A stretch of 55,970 nt of DNA, filler included, from Sphacelaria rigidula (taxonomy: Eukaryota), in assembly GCA_964200075.2 (NCBI GenBank). It is 6 parts of 6 records of this genome, joined end to end, with 100 filler letters (N's around TTAATTAATTAA, not from the genome) between each part and the next. Parts side by side here need not be neighbours in the genome. Positions count along the whole stretch, not along the records: positions 9,347 to 18,592 come from CAXNAA020008940.1; positions 18,693 to 27,937 come from CAXNAA020008941.1; 4 more parts are not named here. One strand, given 5' to 3'. Shown in pieces: positions 12,361 through 24,145 of this stretch. The position numbers and the translations under genes are program-made. The first letter of the stretch is position 1. Each line of letters opens with the position of its first letter. The notes under the pieces were generated by a model that worked only from the letters and a program-made list of their open reading frames with translations, did no database searches and was not told the DNA's origin.

Positions 12361-13129
12361 CGAGAAGAGATTGGCGAAACGTCAGGTTGAAGGGTGATTT
12401 CAAAGGGCAGCGTTTTGCAATGCCCCAGATTAGTTTTAGATCGAGAAAATCGTCTTGGTACGCCAATAAAACATCGCTCAATTCTTGGATTACAGCGGGT
12501 TCCTAGCCGGGTCCATGTAGGTCAAAATTGAGATCACGTAAATGGGGTGGAAGTTGATCCCACATATGCAAGAAACTTGTCTGAGATTCTCGTGATAGGC
12601 GTTGCAGCACTTCAGCAGGGGGTGCGGACGTTGACGGTGCAGGGTCCACGATGTGAACACCTAATGGAGAAGAAGAGGTTACGTCGAAGTAAGGCTCATC
12701 GACGAAATTGACAGAGCCGTCTGTCGGAGGCGCTGGGTTGGGCGTAGAGGGGTCAGTGGCACATGTCTCAAGTGGAATGTGCATGAGGAGACCAGCAGCA
12801 ATACCCAAAACATCTCCAGGTGCCAAGTTAGCGTGACCCGTGAGTGGAAAAAGTTGTTTCCCTGCGGAGACGAAGTGTTCTGTGCCGGCAGGCACACCAA
12901 CCCGAGGAAGCATTTCAGCGAGGGAATGTCCCGTAAGGGCAGGCATGCCATTTCGGCGAACTTGGGCAACTTCTAACAGTTGAGCATCATCAGAGAGGGT
13001 AACACCAGTAGTACCATCGTATCGAAGGTGGTAAGCAGCTCCGGTAGCTTGTTCAATATTTTGGTAGGCCAGGGCACCGTGAAGAGTACCGAAATGTTCA
13101 AGGTTAAGTTCTCCACGAGGCGCAGACTA

Positions 13130-13480
13130 TGGCGATAATGCTGGTAGCGTGCGGTAGGTGCGTTGACCAAACCGCATGTAACTATCTCGGCCCATGAGTA
13201 AGGCGTGAGCCATGGTGCTGTCAGGGACATTATATGCCCAGACTGCAAGGCTGGCAGAACGAGTTGTGTTGTGAAAGAATTGCACACTGAGACAAACTGA
13301 TATTCGTGTGGTCAAAGGTGCGGTGGAGTCACCAAAACAGCCCCATACTCGAGGTTTGGTGGTAATTTCGCCAGCTGCTGAAGCAGCGCCAATCTCTTTC
13401 ATATGTTCCCCCATTGATTAACTGATAAATGTTTGTGGGGTGCCGCTGTCTAACAAAGAGACGCATTTGGCGGTCGTGGT
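13130..13480 (-). pseudogene. Retropepsin aspartic protease
   Basis: CVSLLDSGTPQTFI (13442-13456), later ALLMGRDS. Confidence 0.8.
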
Positions 13481-14819
13481 GGCGTATGGTCCGCAATGGA
13501 GCACTAAGCGAGTAGTAAAAGTGACAGGGTCAAGAGACACTTTACCGCCGACAAGATCCGGACCGTGCTCAGCCAGTGTCAATTGATCGGAATCAGTAGT
13601 GCTGACGGCGAAAACGGAGGGCGGGTGATCCGCCGGGGGGTCAACGTTCTCACCAGAAAGTTTGGTGGATGATGTGTAGTCCCTAGAGTGAGCACAGCTC
13701 GGCTGGTCATTAGCAATTTTATATATGACCGTGTTGGGAAAGCAGGGATCAACGTCTAAAGTAGACCCGTCTTGTTCAGTGTAGTCCGCAGAAGAGGTAG
13801 AAATGTCCGAAATATCTGATTTGGATTCTTCCGGGACACTTCATAATTCACCGTGCTCAAAGTCGTCGCATTTTGGAGAGAGTGAGGTCGAGATTTTCCG
13901 CTCGAGGGAGGTGTACGTGTTGCTGCGCGCGCTTCAGTGGGGGCATGTTCACGTGGCTTCCTCTCTCGCTGTGACAAAGGGCGGGGAACTTCCAATGTGT
14001 TTGGGGAAAACCCAACTGAGTCCAGTTGAGTGGATGGGGTCAGCATCGGGGCATGCTCGGGCAAAACTTGTGGACTGTCCGCTGGCAAGCTTGGCTGCGG
14101 AGTCATAGCCGAAGGTATAGTAGGATGGTTTGTGTGGCAACCATTCAGGGGTAGCTTCGAATGGTGCAATGAACGCGAACAATGAACTCGTTCGACCTGG
14201 GTGTGTGTTACCTGGTCCGAAGCGGTCAAAATCTGACCAGCGACACTAAAAACCAGTCGGGTGAATTACACTACTGCCTGTGCGTGCGGTCGCTGAGGGA
14301 AGCCTGTGCCTCAGAGACGGGCGGCTGGTGTTCCCACACCTCAGACTTACGCTCAGTTCCGGAGGACCAAGTCCAGAGCCAAGGGTAGGGCTAAGTTGTG
14401 AGTCAACGCAACTGTTACGCTGTGTACGAAGAGGTGAAGACGGGGGTCGATGTGAACGGCCGTCATTAGAACTTCTGCAAAGTGCCGGCGAAGTTGAGCG
14501 AGAAAGTTTTGTCACGCGTTCCGCGGTTGGTGTTGAAGTAGTCTTCGTGTGTGCTGTCGGCGGCGCCGAAGACGTAAAAACGCCGGCGTCGGCATATCAT
14601 GGATCGGTACGATCAGTCATAAAAGAACCAGGGTTTCTGGCGTTGGGGTTCGAGTGATGGTGATTTGGCCCCGTGTGCTGGTGTCGATCGGCGGAATTCC
14701 GGTGACGGTGAGAAGAACTCTCTCTTCGCTGGGAGCTAGACCTATTGTAGTTGTTTGGACGACTATCGCGATTCGAGCGAGTGTTGTCGCGGTTGTTGAA
14801 AGGGCGGCGAGAATGACGG

Positions 14820-15913
14820 TCGGGTAAGCGGTATTCACGCCTGTGTTTCTGCCATCGGCGCCATGCTGGCTCATTGTCCTGCAGCTCAGAATTCATGAGG
14901 TCGAAGGAGTTGATACAAGGGCGAGTACAATCGCGCATACTGTGCCCCTGGGTGTTATAATTAATGCAACCATTGGCGTGGCGGCTGAAGGCCTCGTGTC
15001 TGGCAGCAGACGAGAGGAGGGGGTTCCACAGATGTGGATCATCTGTAGTACACGCAGACGTGGATACATTGTAGACATCATCTCAAGTCTCAGCGGAGTA
15101 CGGCCATCCGTCAAAACTGGCGCTGAACGGATCTCTCTTGTTTGCAACGCTCATGATGGAGGCGGGCACCCACGAGGAACGAAGCGAAGTGTGAGACCGG
15201 TGGCAGGACGCTGAAGGGATCGAAGAAGGCGCAGAAGCAGACTGGGAACGAGCTGGAGCATACTTGTCGCCGCGAATGGCCGACGTCAATTTTTTTTCTT
15301 GATGAACAAACGCACTCCACATCGCATCCACAAAGGGATAGGGCACTTCGCGGTGGGCTAAAGCACCTGGAAACAACGACGGTATTAGTATTGGGAACTG
15401 CTCGGAAAGACTATTCCACACAAATGATTGACACATGGCGTCTGATGGGCTAGTCTGGCGGCCTACCCCCATAGTACTGGAAACGAGAAGCTTGAATTCT
15501 CGGAGGTAGCCCACGAAGGGGACATCTGTTGCGACACCAAAAGAACTAAGTCGTTGGATAGTACTCCCTTGAGTGCTGCGATCGAAGTAGCCGGTCAGGC
15601 GGCGCTCCAGATCACGGAGTAAATCCGGGCCTGACTTCCCCGAGGCGCGGTCTGCATCCATAGCGACCATGAAACCATCAAGGACTTGTGTCAGAGCAGC
15701 GGCAGTGTCGGGCGAGCGGCGGTTGATGGCGCGGTGCAGAACTGTGTGGAGAGGAGTCTGCAAACCATCAACCCAGTTGGAAATTTCGAAACGTTGAGCA
15801 CCCGTAGAGTCTGCTAGCTGGAGGATGTTTCGAAGAGTGCGGCATATAGAGGTGATGAGAGCAGAAGTGAATTGTCCCGAGTCTTCGTTGTCTGCTGCAG
15901 GCATGGATTTCAC
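14820..15913 (-). pseudogene. Gag capsid-like region plus degenerate CCHC zinc knuckle
   Basis: Helical ORF 15083-15913 (…LERRLTGYFD…VGYLREFKLLV…), followed by CINYNTQGHSMRDC at 14927-14968 (CX2[C>Y]X4HX4C). Confidence 0.7.
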
Positions 15914-18592
15914 ATGCCAAAGTGTTTTACGTCCATTTGGATGTATTCTCTCCGAATGGCGGCGATGCGGGCGGATTCCGCTCGAGCGGCGGCTGCTGCT
16001 ACACTAGTAGCGGCTTGTTCTCGCTCGGCGGCAGCGGCAGCCAGAGTGCGAGCCGAAGTGGAAGATACCGGATTATCCGAGTTGTCGTCCGAAAGGCCTA
16101 AAACCTGGCGCGAAACATCTGCTAAACGCGGTGTAGCGCGACTTAGGGTGGTAGGAATCGACGCAGGCGAGTGTGTGGCAAACCGAATCCTGGGATTGGC
16201 GGAAGAAGAGCTCGATGACCCGTTATTCTGATGTGTCTGGTTCAAACCGGTGGTGGGACGAGTGACACGGTGTGGTTGATTTTTCCCAGAGGAGAAGCTT
16301 GAGCCTCCGCGGTGGTTGTGAGAATCACCGCGGCGATTGCGCGCATGGTCGGCAACATCATGTCTGTCGCGTCGGCGGCGAGGAGTCACCGAGATCCAGT
16401 CGTCGTCAGCTTGGGCTGTGGCGGATTTGGAGGCGGCGCGCAATGCGTCGAAGAGCTCGACAATGGACAGTTCGTAAGGGGTGGTGTTTTGTTCGATGAG
16501 GCGGACTAATTGACCAATGGTAATCGAAAAGAGACCATCGGAAGGGCAGACCCCGTCGTGTCTCAAGCAGGAAGCGACCGCGTGTTGGAGTGGTCGAACG
16601 AGCGCTAGCCAAGCGTCGCGAGAACTGTGCAAAGGATTCGATGGGGTGTACTTGCCCGCAAGAGTCTGAACAGAAAGCGTGAACCAAGGAATGTCATCGC
16701 AGTGGAGAAAGAAGCGGCGCGGTTCAGCACTGCTGTCGGGGCGGGCGGTCGATGTAGGGGTGGGTGGGGATGGCGTGCGGTGGGAGCGAGGGGCAGCTAC
16801 GGCGTGAGAAGCGCGTGAGCGCTCCTCCTCTAGTTCGCAGAGAGGAGCGTGATACTCCTCGGTGGAAAGTGTAGACACCGCTGCATCTGTGTGGCGTTGC
16901 CATTTAACGAGATCATTCATGGCCGGTGCGTAGTCAGCATAGTCGAGGATGAGTTGTTCTTGGGCAGTGCGATCATGGTTCATGAAAATACGCGGGAGCA
17001 GCCCGAACGGACAGTGCTCCGGACTCAACTGTGGGCGGTCTTGCCGCGATGAAGGCGCAGGGTTGGACGGCGCGACAGTAGATGCAGGGGGGGTTGAAGC
17101 GGGTGCGGGTGCGCAAGGACCCCGGAAACCAGTATGGGTACCACTATCGGCGTCAGTGTCGGCGGCAGTGGCAGTCGCAGCGGTGGTGGCAGCGGGAGCT
17201 GGGGCCGAGACAGCAGAAACTGTGTGTTTGGGGGGCGCAGTGGGGGGCGGAGGTGCAGGCTTGTTCACAAGTGTTTGAATTGTGCGCTGTAAATCGGCAA
17301 GTTGTCGCCGCAAGGAACGGATGACTGCAGCATCAGAGCGGGAAGACCTATTGCGTGTGATAGCACGGCGACTGCGATGGCGTGAGTCGTAGGGCGGTTG
17401 GTCGCTGGAATGCGCCATCGACGATTATTCTGCAGAAGGAAGATCTGAAAAAATGTTCCTAATGGCGTCGGCGTGCACCGTAACGTAACATCATTACGTG
17501 AGGAGCGTCGGCGTGAAGAAACCCTGGAGGGAGTAGAAATACGGGAGGAACGAGAGGTATGTCTCGCACGGTCGTCATGCGCGGTCATCCGTAGAGCGGG
17601 GGTGGTTATATTGTGTCGGGGGGAAGGCGGGCGTGGCGGTGTGGGTGAAAGCCGAGGTCCGGTGGGGGTGGGCGTGGTTTGTCGGAGCTGGGCACTGTTG
17701 GCTGCTTTCATGTCGGCCAAAGCAGAAGGAGAGCGGAGCAAGGTATTGCATAGAACTTGCAGTGCTGTGGCTATACTCACGTCTGGCACAGGGGCTGGTT
17801 CCAGATTTATGCCACAAGCAGCCGCTGGGACCGAAGACGGGTGTCCCGAGTTGGGCAAAGCAGAAGTTAAAACATTCGTCAACAAATCATGATCAGCCGG
17901 TGCACGAAAAGTAGCCGCGGGTGTTGACAAAGTGCGTGCCGGCAGGGTAGCGCGGGCAGTAGTGCCAGCAGTTGGGGGTCCGGACGTGGGTGCCCCCTGC
18001 ACGCCGGAACGATCTTGGACTGAAGCTTGTATGACGAGATCCGGGCCGGCAGCAGAGGCAAGGGGTGGAGTTGGTGCCACGGGTAACACCAGCGTGGTTG
18101 GGGGGCGGGTTGGGGCCACGGGTAACACCAGCGTGGTTGAGGGGTGGGACACGGGGTGTGTCAAGGTGGGCCCAGTGCCGACGGCTGCGTCCGATGGGGT
18201 GTGTGCTACGACGGGTGCCACCGGCGTCGTGAAGGGTTGGGGCACAGAGCGTGTCTGTGAGGAGTGGTCACGGGTGGGATGATGAGGGAGGGTCGGAAGG
18301 GTATGAGAATCCGAGCTATGATCGGAATCGGAGCTGGGAGGGGGCGATGAGAACTGCACGGGTTGGTCCTCAAAACCGATTGATCGAGCAGCGCTCGAGG
18401 CTGGTTTCGGTAAGGCTGAAGAAGAATCAGCATCGGGTCCGGAAAAACTAGAAGATCCCCTAGTTTGGCTCCGCGCACGACGGGGCGGATTAGCTCCCGT
18501 GTTGGCAGAACAAGCGGTAACAACAAATTGTGAGAATTGAGGTTTAACTTCGAGATGAGGCTCAAGCCTAAAACAGTGCTTTCCCCAAGATC
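15910..18592 (-). pseudogene. Long low-complexity gag N-terminal extension
   Basis: ORFs 15910-17418 and 17265-18359; motifs shared with 6293-9246; internal 39-bp duplication encoding TTLVLPVAPT twice. Confidence 0.7.
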
Positions 18593-18692
18593 NNNNNNNN
18601 NNNNNNNNNNNNNNNNNNNNNNNNNNNNNNNNNNNNTTAATTAATTAANNNNNNNNNNNNNNNNNNNNNNNNNNNNNNNNNNNNNNNNNNNN
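18593..18692. other. Assembly linker
   Basis: Same 100-bp N/TTAATTAATTAA linker. Confidence 0.98.
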
Positions 18693-19214
18693 GTGGATAC
18701 CCCTTGGACCAGCGATTTTTTTTTTTTTTCCTTTTGGGCAATCAGGCCGAAGAAATCGTGGATTTGGTGATTTTTAGTCATGATGATTCGTCCTAACAGT
18801 CTTAAAACTGCATCCACAATGCGCATCAGCCCGGAGAAGACCTGCAACGTGAAACCATCTTGTATACAGTATACTGTTGCTGTAGTGTTTCGTTGACCAT
18901 ACTGCATGCTCAAATACACCGTGTACTGACTGTACTGCACTGTCTGTCCGTGCATCAATTTTTCTGGGTACTGTACTGTTGCGCCGCACTGCGCTGCTTG
19001 TTCTGTACTCAATTATACAGCGTGTACAGGACGGTGCCGGGCCGTACGGTCTGGACTGTGTGTACTCCACTGCTCATATTGCTCGGTGTATCGTACTTTT
19101 TTCACCGTGCTGGACTGCGCCGGTGTCTGTAGGGGAGTTATCTCACACCCTGGACAAATATTACATGGTCAAAAAGTGTACTGCGTACAGTACGGCATCT
19201 ATTATCTGCTGCAG

Positions 19215-19379
19215 TGTGTGTGTTGTCATCCCATCTATTCTGGACGCCCGTTTACACCTTTCGGTATATGTGGGCGCACCAGCCGGGGTCACACAGGAGC
19301 TTTTTTCTTTTTATTTGTTTTTAGTACCCCACCTCCATTCTGCGGTGCTTGCTTTTTTTTTTTTAATTTATCGCGAGAT
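19215..19379 (-). mobile_element. 5'-truncated tRNA-derived SINE
   Basis: Reverse complement of 39200-39375 (tatatgtgggcgcaccagccggggtcacacaggag; ctgcggtgcttgc; ttatcgcgaga). Confidence 0.8.
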
Positions 19380-19580
19380 GCAGTAGAGGTGATATTCGAC
19401 ACTGTAAGCAGTACACGTTTCGACGATTATATCGCTTGTCCCGGGCGTCGTATATTTTCGATGCCGCGTTTCATCCTGCATATGACCGCCGTGATTGGGT
19501 TCGAATCCTCGACTTCTATACAAGTACAGCATGACTGAGGGTCTTCATTGCACTGTTTTACTGTTTTTACTCGGGTTTCA

Positions 19581-19916
19581 GGTTCGGGCACATGAGTTCG
19601 AAAAAAAAACTGCTCTCAACACCCGGGGGACGGACGAGGTACAATGCGAGATGTGGGGGATACGCGGAAGGTGCTCGACGACAAACAGTGCGTCGAACTG
19701 GACAGCTATATCTCCAGCATGCATGAGGAGGGGCAGCAAGTCTTCAGGCGTACAGTTGGAGGGTGGATCGAGGACAAGCATGGCAGGAAAATGTCAAACC
19801 GCGCGGTGCGGGGCCTGCTGTACAGGCTTGGGTACAGGCGCCGGCGGGCAAGGATCAAAATCCTTCCCACGAACGAGGCCCGGAAAGCACGTATCCGTCG
19901 CTTTCTCGTTGAGATG
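19581..19916 (+). pseudogene. IS630/Tc1/mariner-type transposase DNA-binding (winged HTH) fragment
   Basis: VFRRTVGGWIEDKHGRKMSNRAVRGLLYRLGYRRRRARIK...EARKARIRRF resembles the HTH/linker before the DDE domain; preceded by a tttcag acceptor. Confidence 0.55.
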
Positions 19917-19924
19917 ACTGAGCG

Positions 19925-20775
19925 TGCATTTTTTCCTTGCTTTTGTGTTGCTGAGTGTTGGTCGCGTGGACCTTGCGGTTCATCCGAGCTGCCGTGTGTT
20001 GAGTTTGACGTCAACACGTCGGAGATATCGCATACCTAATCTCAACCCCTGACCCATGATCGGAGGGGCACCGACTGAAATAATTCACGGAATGGGCCTT
20101 ACCTTCTCGTGTACATTTTTTTTCTACTTTTGTGTTGCTGAGTGTTGGTCGCGTGGACATTGCGGTTCATCCGAACTACGTCGTTGTTGAGTTTGACGTC
20201 AACGCGCCGTAAATATGGCATGACATATTTCAACCCCTGACCCATGATCGGAGGGGCACCGACTGAAATAGTTCACGAAATAGGCCTTACCTTCTCGTGT
20301 GCCTTTTTTTTTGCTTTTGTGTTGCTGAGTGTTGATCGCGTGGACCTTGCGGTTCATCCGAGCTATCGTTTGTCGATTTTGACGTCAACGTGCCGGAGAT
20401 ATGACTTGCCATATCTCAACCCCTGATCCATGATCGGAGGGAAACCAAGAGGGGAATTTTGAGGAAAATTTCACGGAATGGGCCTGACCTTTTCGTGTCC
20501 ATTTTTTGTTGTTGTTAATGGCAATTGCTCGCGTGGACGTTGCGGTTCATCCGAGCTATCGTTTGTTGAGTTTGACGTCAACACGCCGGAGATATATGCC
20601 ATATCTCAACCCTTGATCCATGATTGGAGGGAAACCAAGAGGAAAATTTTAGGAAAATCTCACGGAATGAGCCTCAACTTTTTGTGTGCATGTTATTTTG
20701 TTGTTGTTGTTGTTGCTGGCCACTGTTGGCGTGGACGTTGCGGTTCATCCGAGCTATCGTTTGTTGAATTCGACC
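19925..20775 (+). repeat. Tandem array of ~187-199-bp units (~4.5 copies)
   Basis: gcgtggac(c/g/a)ttgcggttcatccga recurs at ~19963, 20150, 20337, 20530 and 20729. Confidence 0.92.
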
Positions 20776-21597
20776 CAAAAATACTCGGATTACGTCCTTT
20801 CATGTATTCGTTCCTACTAACAATGTTCCCCCGTAATAGCTTCCGCAGTGAGTGGCGTATTTGACAGCGTCGTTGTCTACCGACACCAATCCTCAAGGGG
20901 TTATTGGGGGAGAGGGGGTACTCCGTTCGAACCGGACCATTTTGCATTACTTCCTCTCCTTGTTCCGAAAAATTTCGGTAATTAAAGAGTGAGATTATCC
21001 CCGAACCCAGGGCAGAGAATCTGGATGTTTCGTATTTAGGCGTCGGCGTCCAACTGTGGTTCGTTGTGTAAACGACATTTTCTTGGCAACTACTGTACCG
21101 GCATCACGATTCATTCGTGGGGTGCATTGCTCGCAGCTCAGTGTATAGCGAGCGGGGGACACAACTCGCGCAAGCCACCCACTGTCAACGTCATAGCCCC
21201 TCAGTCAACAACGACCGAGTCTCACCAAGTACAACATCGCGGTTATCAATTTGTGGACAAGAGCGTGAGAAGAGTACAGTAAGGGTTACGACCGTGATTG
21301 TCAGCACCATGCGGCATTGTTCATCCGCAGTTGCTATCGTTTCTGGCCCACAACTCATGTTACACCGGGAGTTGAACAGGACTTCAGGTATCGTCGGTTA
21401 GATACGAAGATGGCCGTTCCAGCCATGCTAACTTCGGCCGGAGCATTATCGTGCCTGTCGTGCTTTTGAACAATCCCTGGCACACACATCAAACACAGTG
21501 GGGTGACGTTTTAGACCGTTGGAGTGTTTTTTTCAGGTGTAACCGTTTTCATGCACCGGTGATGTGTCGACACGGCCGACCATGTCGTGGCCATATT

Positions 21598-21707
21598 TAG
21601 GCTTTTACGTACTATGGTAGCACGTTTTTTGAAGAATTCGTTCATCTTGAAAATAATGTTGGGTCGCTATTTTGTAAAACCGTGCTAGCATAATAAGTAA
21701 AAGCCTA
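21598..21707. mobile_element. hAT-type MITE (110 bp)
   Basis: TIR taggcttttac.ta.tatg.tagcacg / cgtgctagcataataagtaaaagccta; perfect 8-bp TSD GCCATATT (21590-21597, 21708-21715). Confidence 0.88.
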
Positions 21708-21757
21708 GCCATATTTACCAAAATCCCGTCAGGTTGGTTCGAGTGGTTTGGGATATT

Positions 21758-22106
21758 TTATCGTCTACCAAAATCAACCGAGTGATCAACCGTAACTCTT
21801 TGCAGGTAGGGATCCCCTGCCGTAAGAGTCAGCCTGAAGCAGGAAACAGCCCGACAGTTGTGGTGTGAACCTGCTGGAAACGTGTGCTCGGCGCTCCAAC
21901 GCATGCCCCGCAACGTGTAGACACTCACGCTCGACGCCTCCCTCATACCTGCAGAGGTAGCTACAGTCCACCGCACTACGATATTTTTCAGTGGCGTTGG
22001 TGTGATATTGGGCGAGCAGCAGCCATAAGTATGGAAGTGCATCGCGATCCTTGTCAGAAACAGTCATGTACGACCGTTGCATCTGCCCCATATCGGACAG
22101 ACAGTG
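21758..22106 (-). CDS. Two spliced exons of an unknown helical protein (22106-21949, 21833-21758)
   Basis: cag|HCLSDMGQMQRSY...LPYLWLLLAQYH...VDCSYLC|gtatga ... tttcctgcttcag|RLTLTAGDPYLQRV...; phases match. Confidence 0.4.
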
Positions 22107-22679
22107 CTGGTGCAGTTCGTGGCCGATTGACACAGAACGAAGAGCATAACCGATTAGCTGACTTTTTATTGCAACAAAAAACTCCCATGAGGAAAAGTGC
22201 ATATTTCGGCCCTTCGGAAGATTTTTTTTTTGTGAAAATGCTTCCAGGCACATAGTGCCACATTGGAATAGCATGCTTTCTACTCGTAAAGTCTAGGCAA
22301 TTGTTGGGTTTGCTTTGTAGATGCGGAGATGCGGTTCGACTGTTGAGACAACTCCTTATGACGAAACAAAAACAATAGCTCAGTGAAAATACTTTTTTGG
22401 TCCTTCTTCGTCATTCCAAGCCTGAAGAGAGAGCTAGGCGGAGTTTGAGAAATTCGGATGACTTGCTCTAGGAGCCAAGGGGGAAAAAAACAAGAAAGTA
22501 CAACCCTTGCTGATGTCGAAAATAAGGTGTAAATATTCGTGATCTCTTTCTAGTATAGTAGTAGTTACTCCAGTTCGCCGACGCAAACCCATGGTTGAAA
22601 CATACATGACTTGAGAGTGAACACCGACATTCGGATCTTTAGTGGGGCTGACAGTCCCGAGTGCTTGGAGGGCGCGCAG

Positions 22680-22926
22680 AACGTGTTTTTGTCCAAATCG
22701 GCGCCGCAGGCCACAGGCGCCGAGTGGAGGTCTGCCAACTCACACTTTGCCTAGGGCACCCTAAGCACCCCCCTTATCTGCGGGTTCTCGGTATGCCTTG
22801 GTTGGGGTTAGGGTTAGAATCAGCGTTAGTGTTGAGGCTAGGGATAGATAGCCTCAGAGTTGGACAGACACTAAGTCTGTTCAACCAACGGTCTGCCGGC
22901 AGAAATTTTCTGGACACGTAGGCCCC
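22680..22926 (+). repeat. Interspersed repeat with internal telomere-like (TTAGGG) tract
   Basis: gggttctcggtatgccttggttggggttagggttag; homologous to gggttcccagtatgccttggattggggttgggg at 44860. Confidence 0.55.
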
Positions 22927-23411
22927 AAGATCGAAAAATGAAGTTTCCACGGGGGGTTGGGGGGTGGGTGGGGGGGAAACCAGTCTGTAATACGCTAGTT
23001 TATAGCCGAGGCGGATGCGGTCAGCTGCTGTGTACACAAATCCTTGGCATGGACACCGCTGAGATGGCGGACACGCGCCTCCCCCAAGCTCATCTTCAGC
23101 AGCCTCCTCTACTAGCGAAGGTCCCGATGAATCTTCTGGAGCGGCCGCTGCCTCAAGTTTTGCAAGGCGTGAGATAATGTTGCTACTTTGGCTACAGGCT
23201 GTCGCTACCGTGAGCTCGTGTGCATACATGTGTGTGAGCGTGGCCGGCATCCGAGGTCATCGGGACAGAGCGGGCGAGGAGCAGAAGTAAACGTACGAAC
23301 GTCGCAAAGCCCACCAGACTTTTCGATTTTTGTCAGTGTTTCTTAATTATTTTCTTCAACAATGTTTATAACGAACAGACAACAAAAACCATGACAAACT
23401 TCGAAAAATTT

Positions 23412-23666
23412 CACACGTCGGACAGGTCACGAGCTACCTGAAATAGCTAGTCGAAGATAACTCTCAGATCCATTGTACAAAAGCACAAAATAGGTGACAG
23501 CAGTGTGCGAGAATCCAAAGCGCTACATACCCGCTACACCGTGTTCTCGACGTCCATCGCTGTCGGGAGCAAATAGTGTACGGAAATAGTGGAGCTAGCT
23601 CATGATCCGGATCAGTACTCTAATAAGAAGTAATATCCAGGTAGCTCATAAGCTGTCCGACGTGTG
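23412..23666. mobile_element. MITE with CACACGTCGGACAG termini
   Basis: cacacgtcggacag...gagctacctg / caggtagctc...ctgtccgacgtgtg; 7/8 TSD aaaaattt/aaaaattc; same terminus at 50317-50330. Confidence 0.8.
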
Positions 23667-23884
23667 AAAAAATTCCCCCGGGGGGGGGGGGGACGGGGGC
23701 TACGTGTCAGATTTTTTTTTTCGGCACACTGTTGGTTCAACCATGAAAATTATCGACCACTTCACGTAAGCGTACTCGTAAATCTTTTGGACTCTGATTT
23801 TTCGTGCCAACAAAGTCACGGCCTCAGACGACACCCATCTTTTCTCCCAAGCTGTCTGGACAAGTAAGGGGCAGAACAGTCTGC

Positions 23885-24145
23885 GTAACTAGTTGTCTTC
23901 AGACAACGATGGGATGAATGTGTTGCGTAAATAGTTACCTGTAAAGAACGATCCGATGGAGTGACAATATTGGTCGCACGTGTACTCATAAGAAACCCGT
24001 GTGACTAGTTGCCCATAGACAACTTTCGTTCATTTTTTTCTCGCAACCAGTTGTATGTGAACACCTCACGGCCGAGATATTTGAGCAACCAATTATTACC
24101 TGTAGACAAGGCGCGGGTGGGACGCCTCCGTAACCAGTTGTGTAC
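23885..24145 (+). repeat. Degenerate ~42-bp periodic repeat
   Basis: g(t/c)aac(t/c)agttg-like motif at ~23885, 23927, 24001, 24043, 24085 and 24131. Confidence 0.5.

Larger units (their letters stand above)
9347..18592 (-). mobile_element. Ty3/Gypsy LTR retrotransposon internal region, degenerate; LTRs lie outside the contig
   Basis: Domain order gag-PR-RT-RNaseH-IN on the minus strand, with multiple stops and frameshifts. Confidence 0.95.

Noticed and set aside
6293..18592. Two gag regions facing each other as one giant inverted or bidirectional element
   Set aside because: They are on different contigs separated by an artificial linker and are too diverged to be arms of one element.
19581..19916. 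Fanzor/TnpB associated with the IS630-like fragment
   Set aside because: No RuvC motifs or zinc-finger TnpB-like frame found nearby on either strand.
19925..20775. CRISPR-like or ribozyme array (minus strand cggatga-acc-gcaa-ggt)
   Set aside because: Whole units are homologous with no unique spacers, the hammerhead core is incomplete, there are no cas genes and the context is eukaryotic.
23885..24145. Repeat-spacer pattern like a mini-CRISPR
   Set aside because: The core is short and degenerate, spacing is irregular and there are no associated genes.
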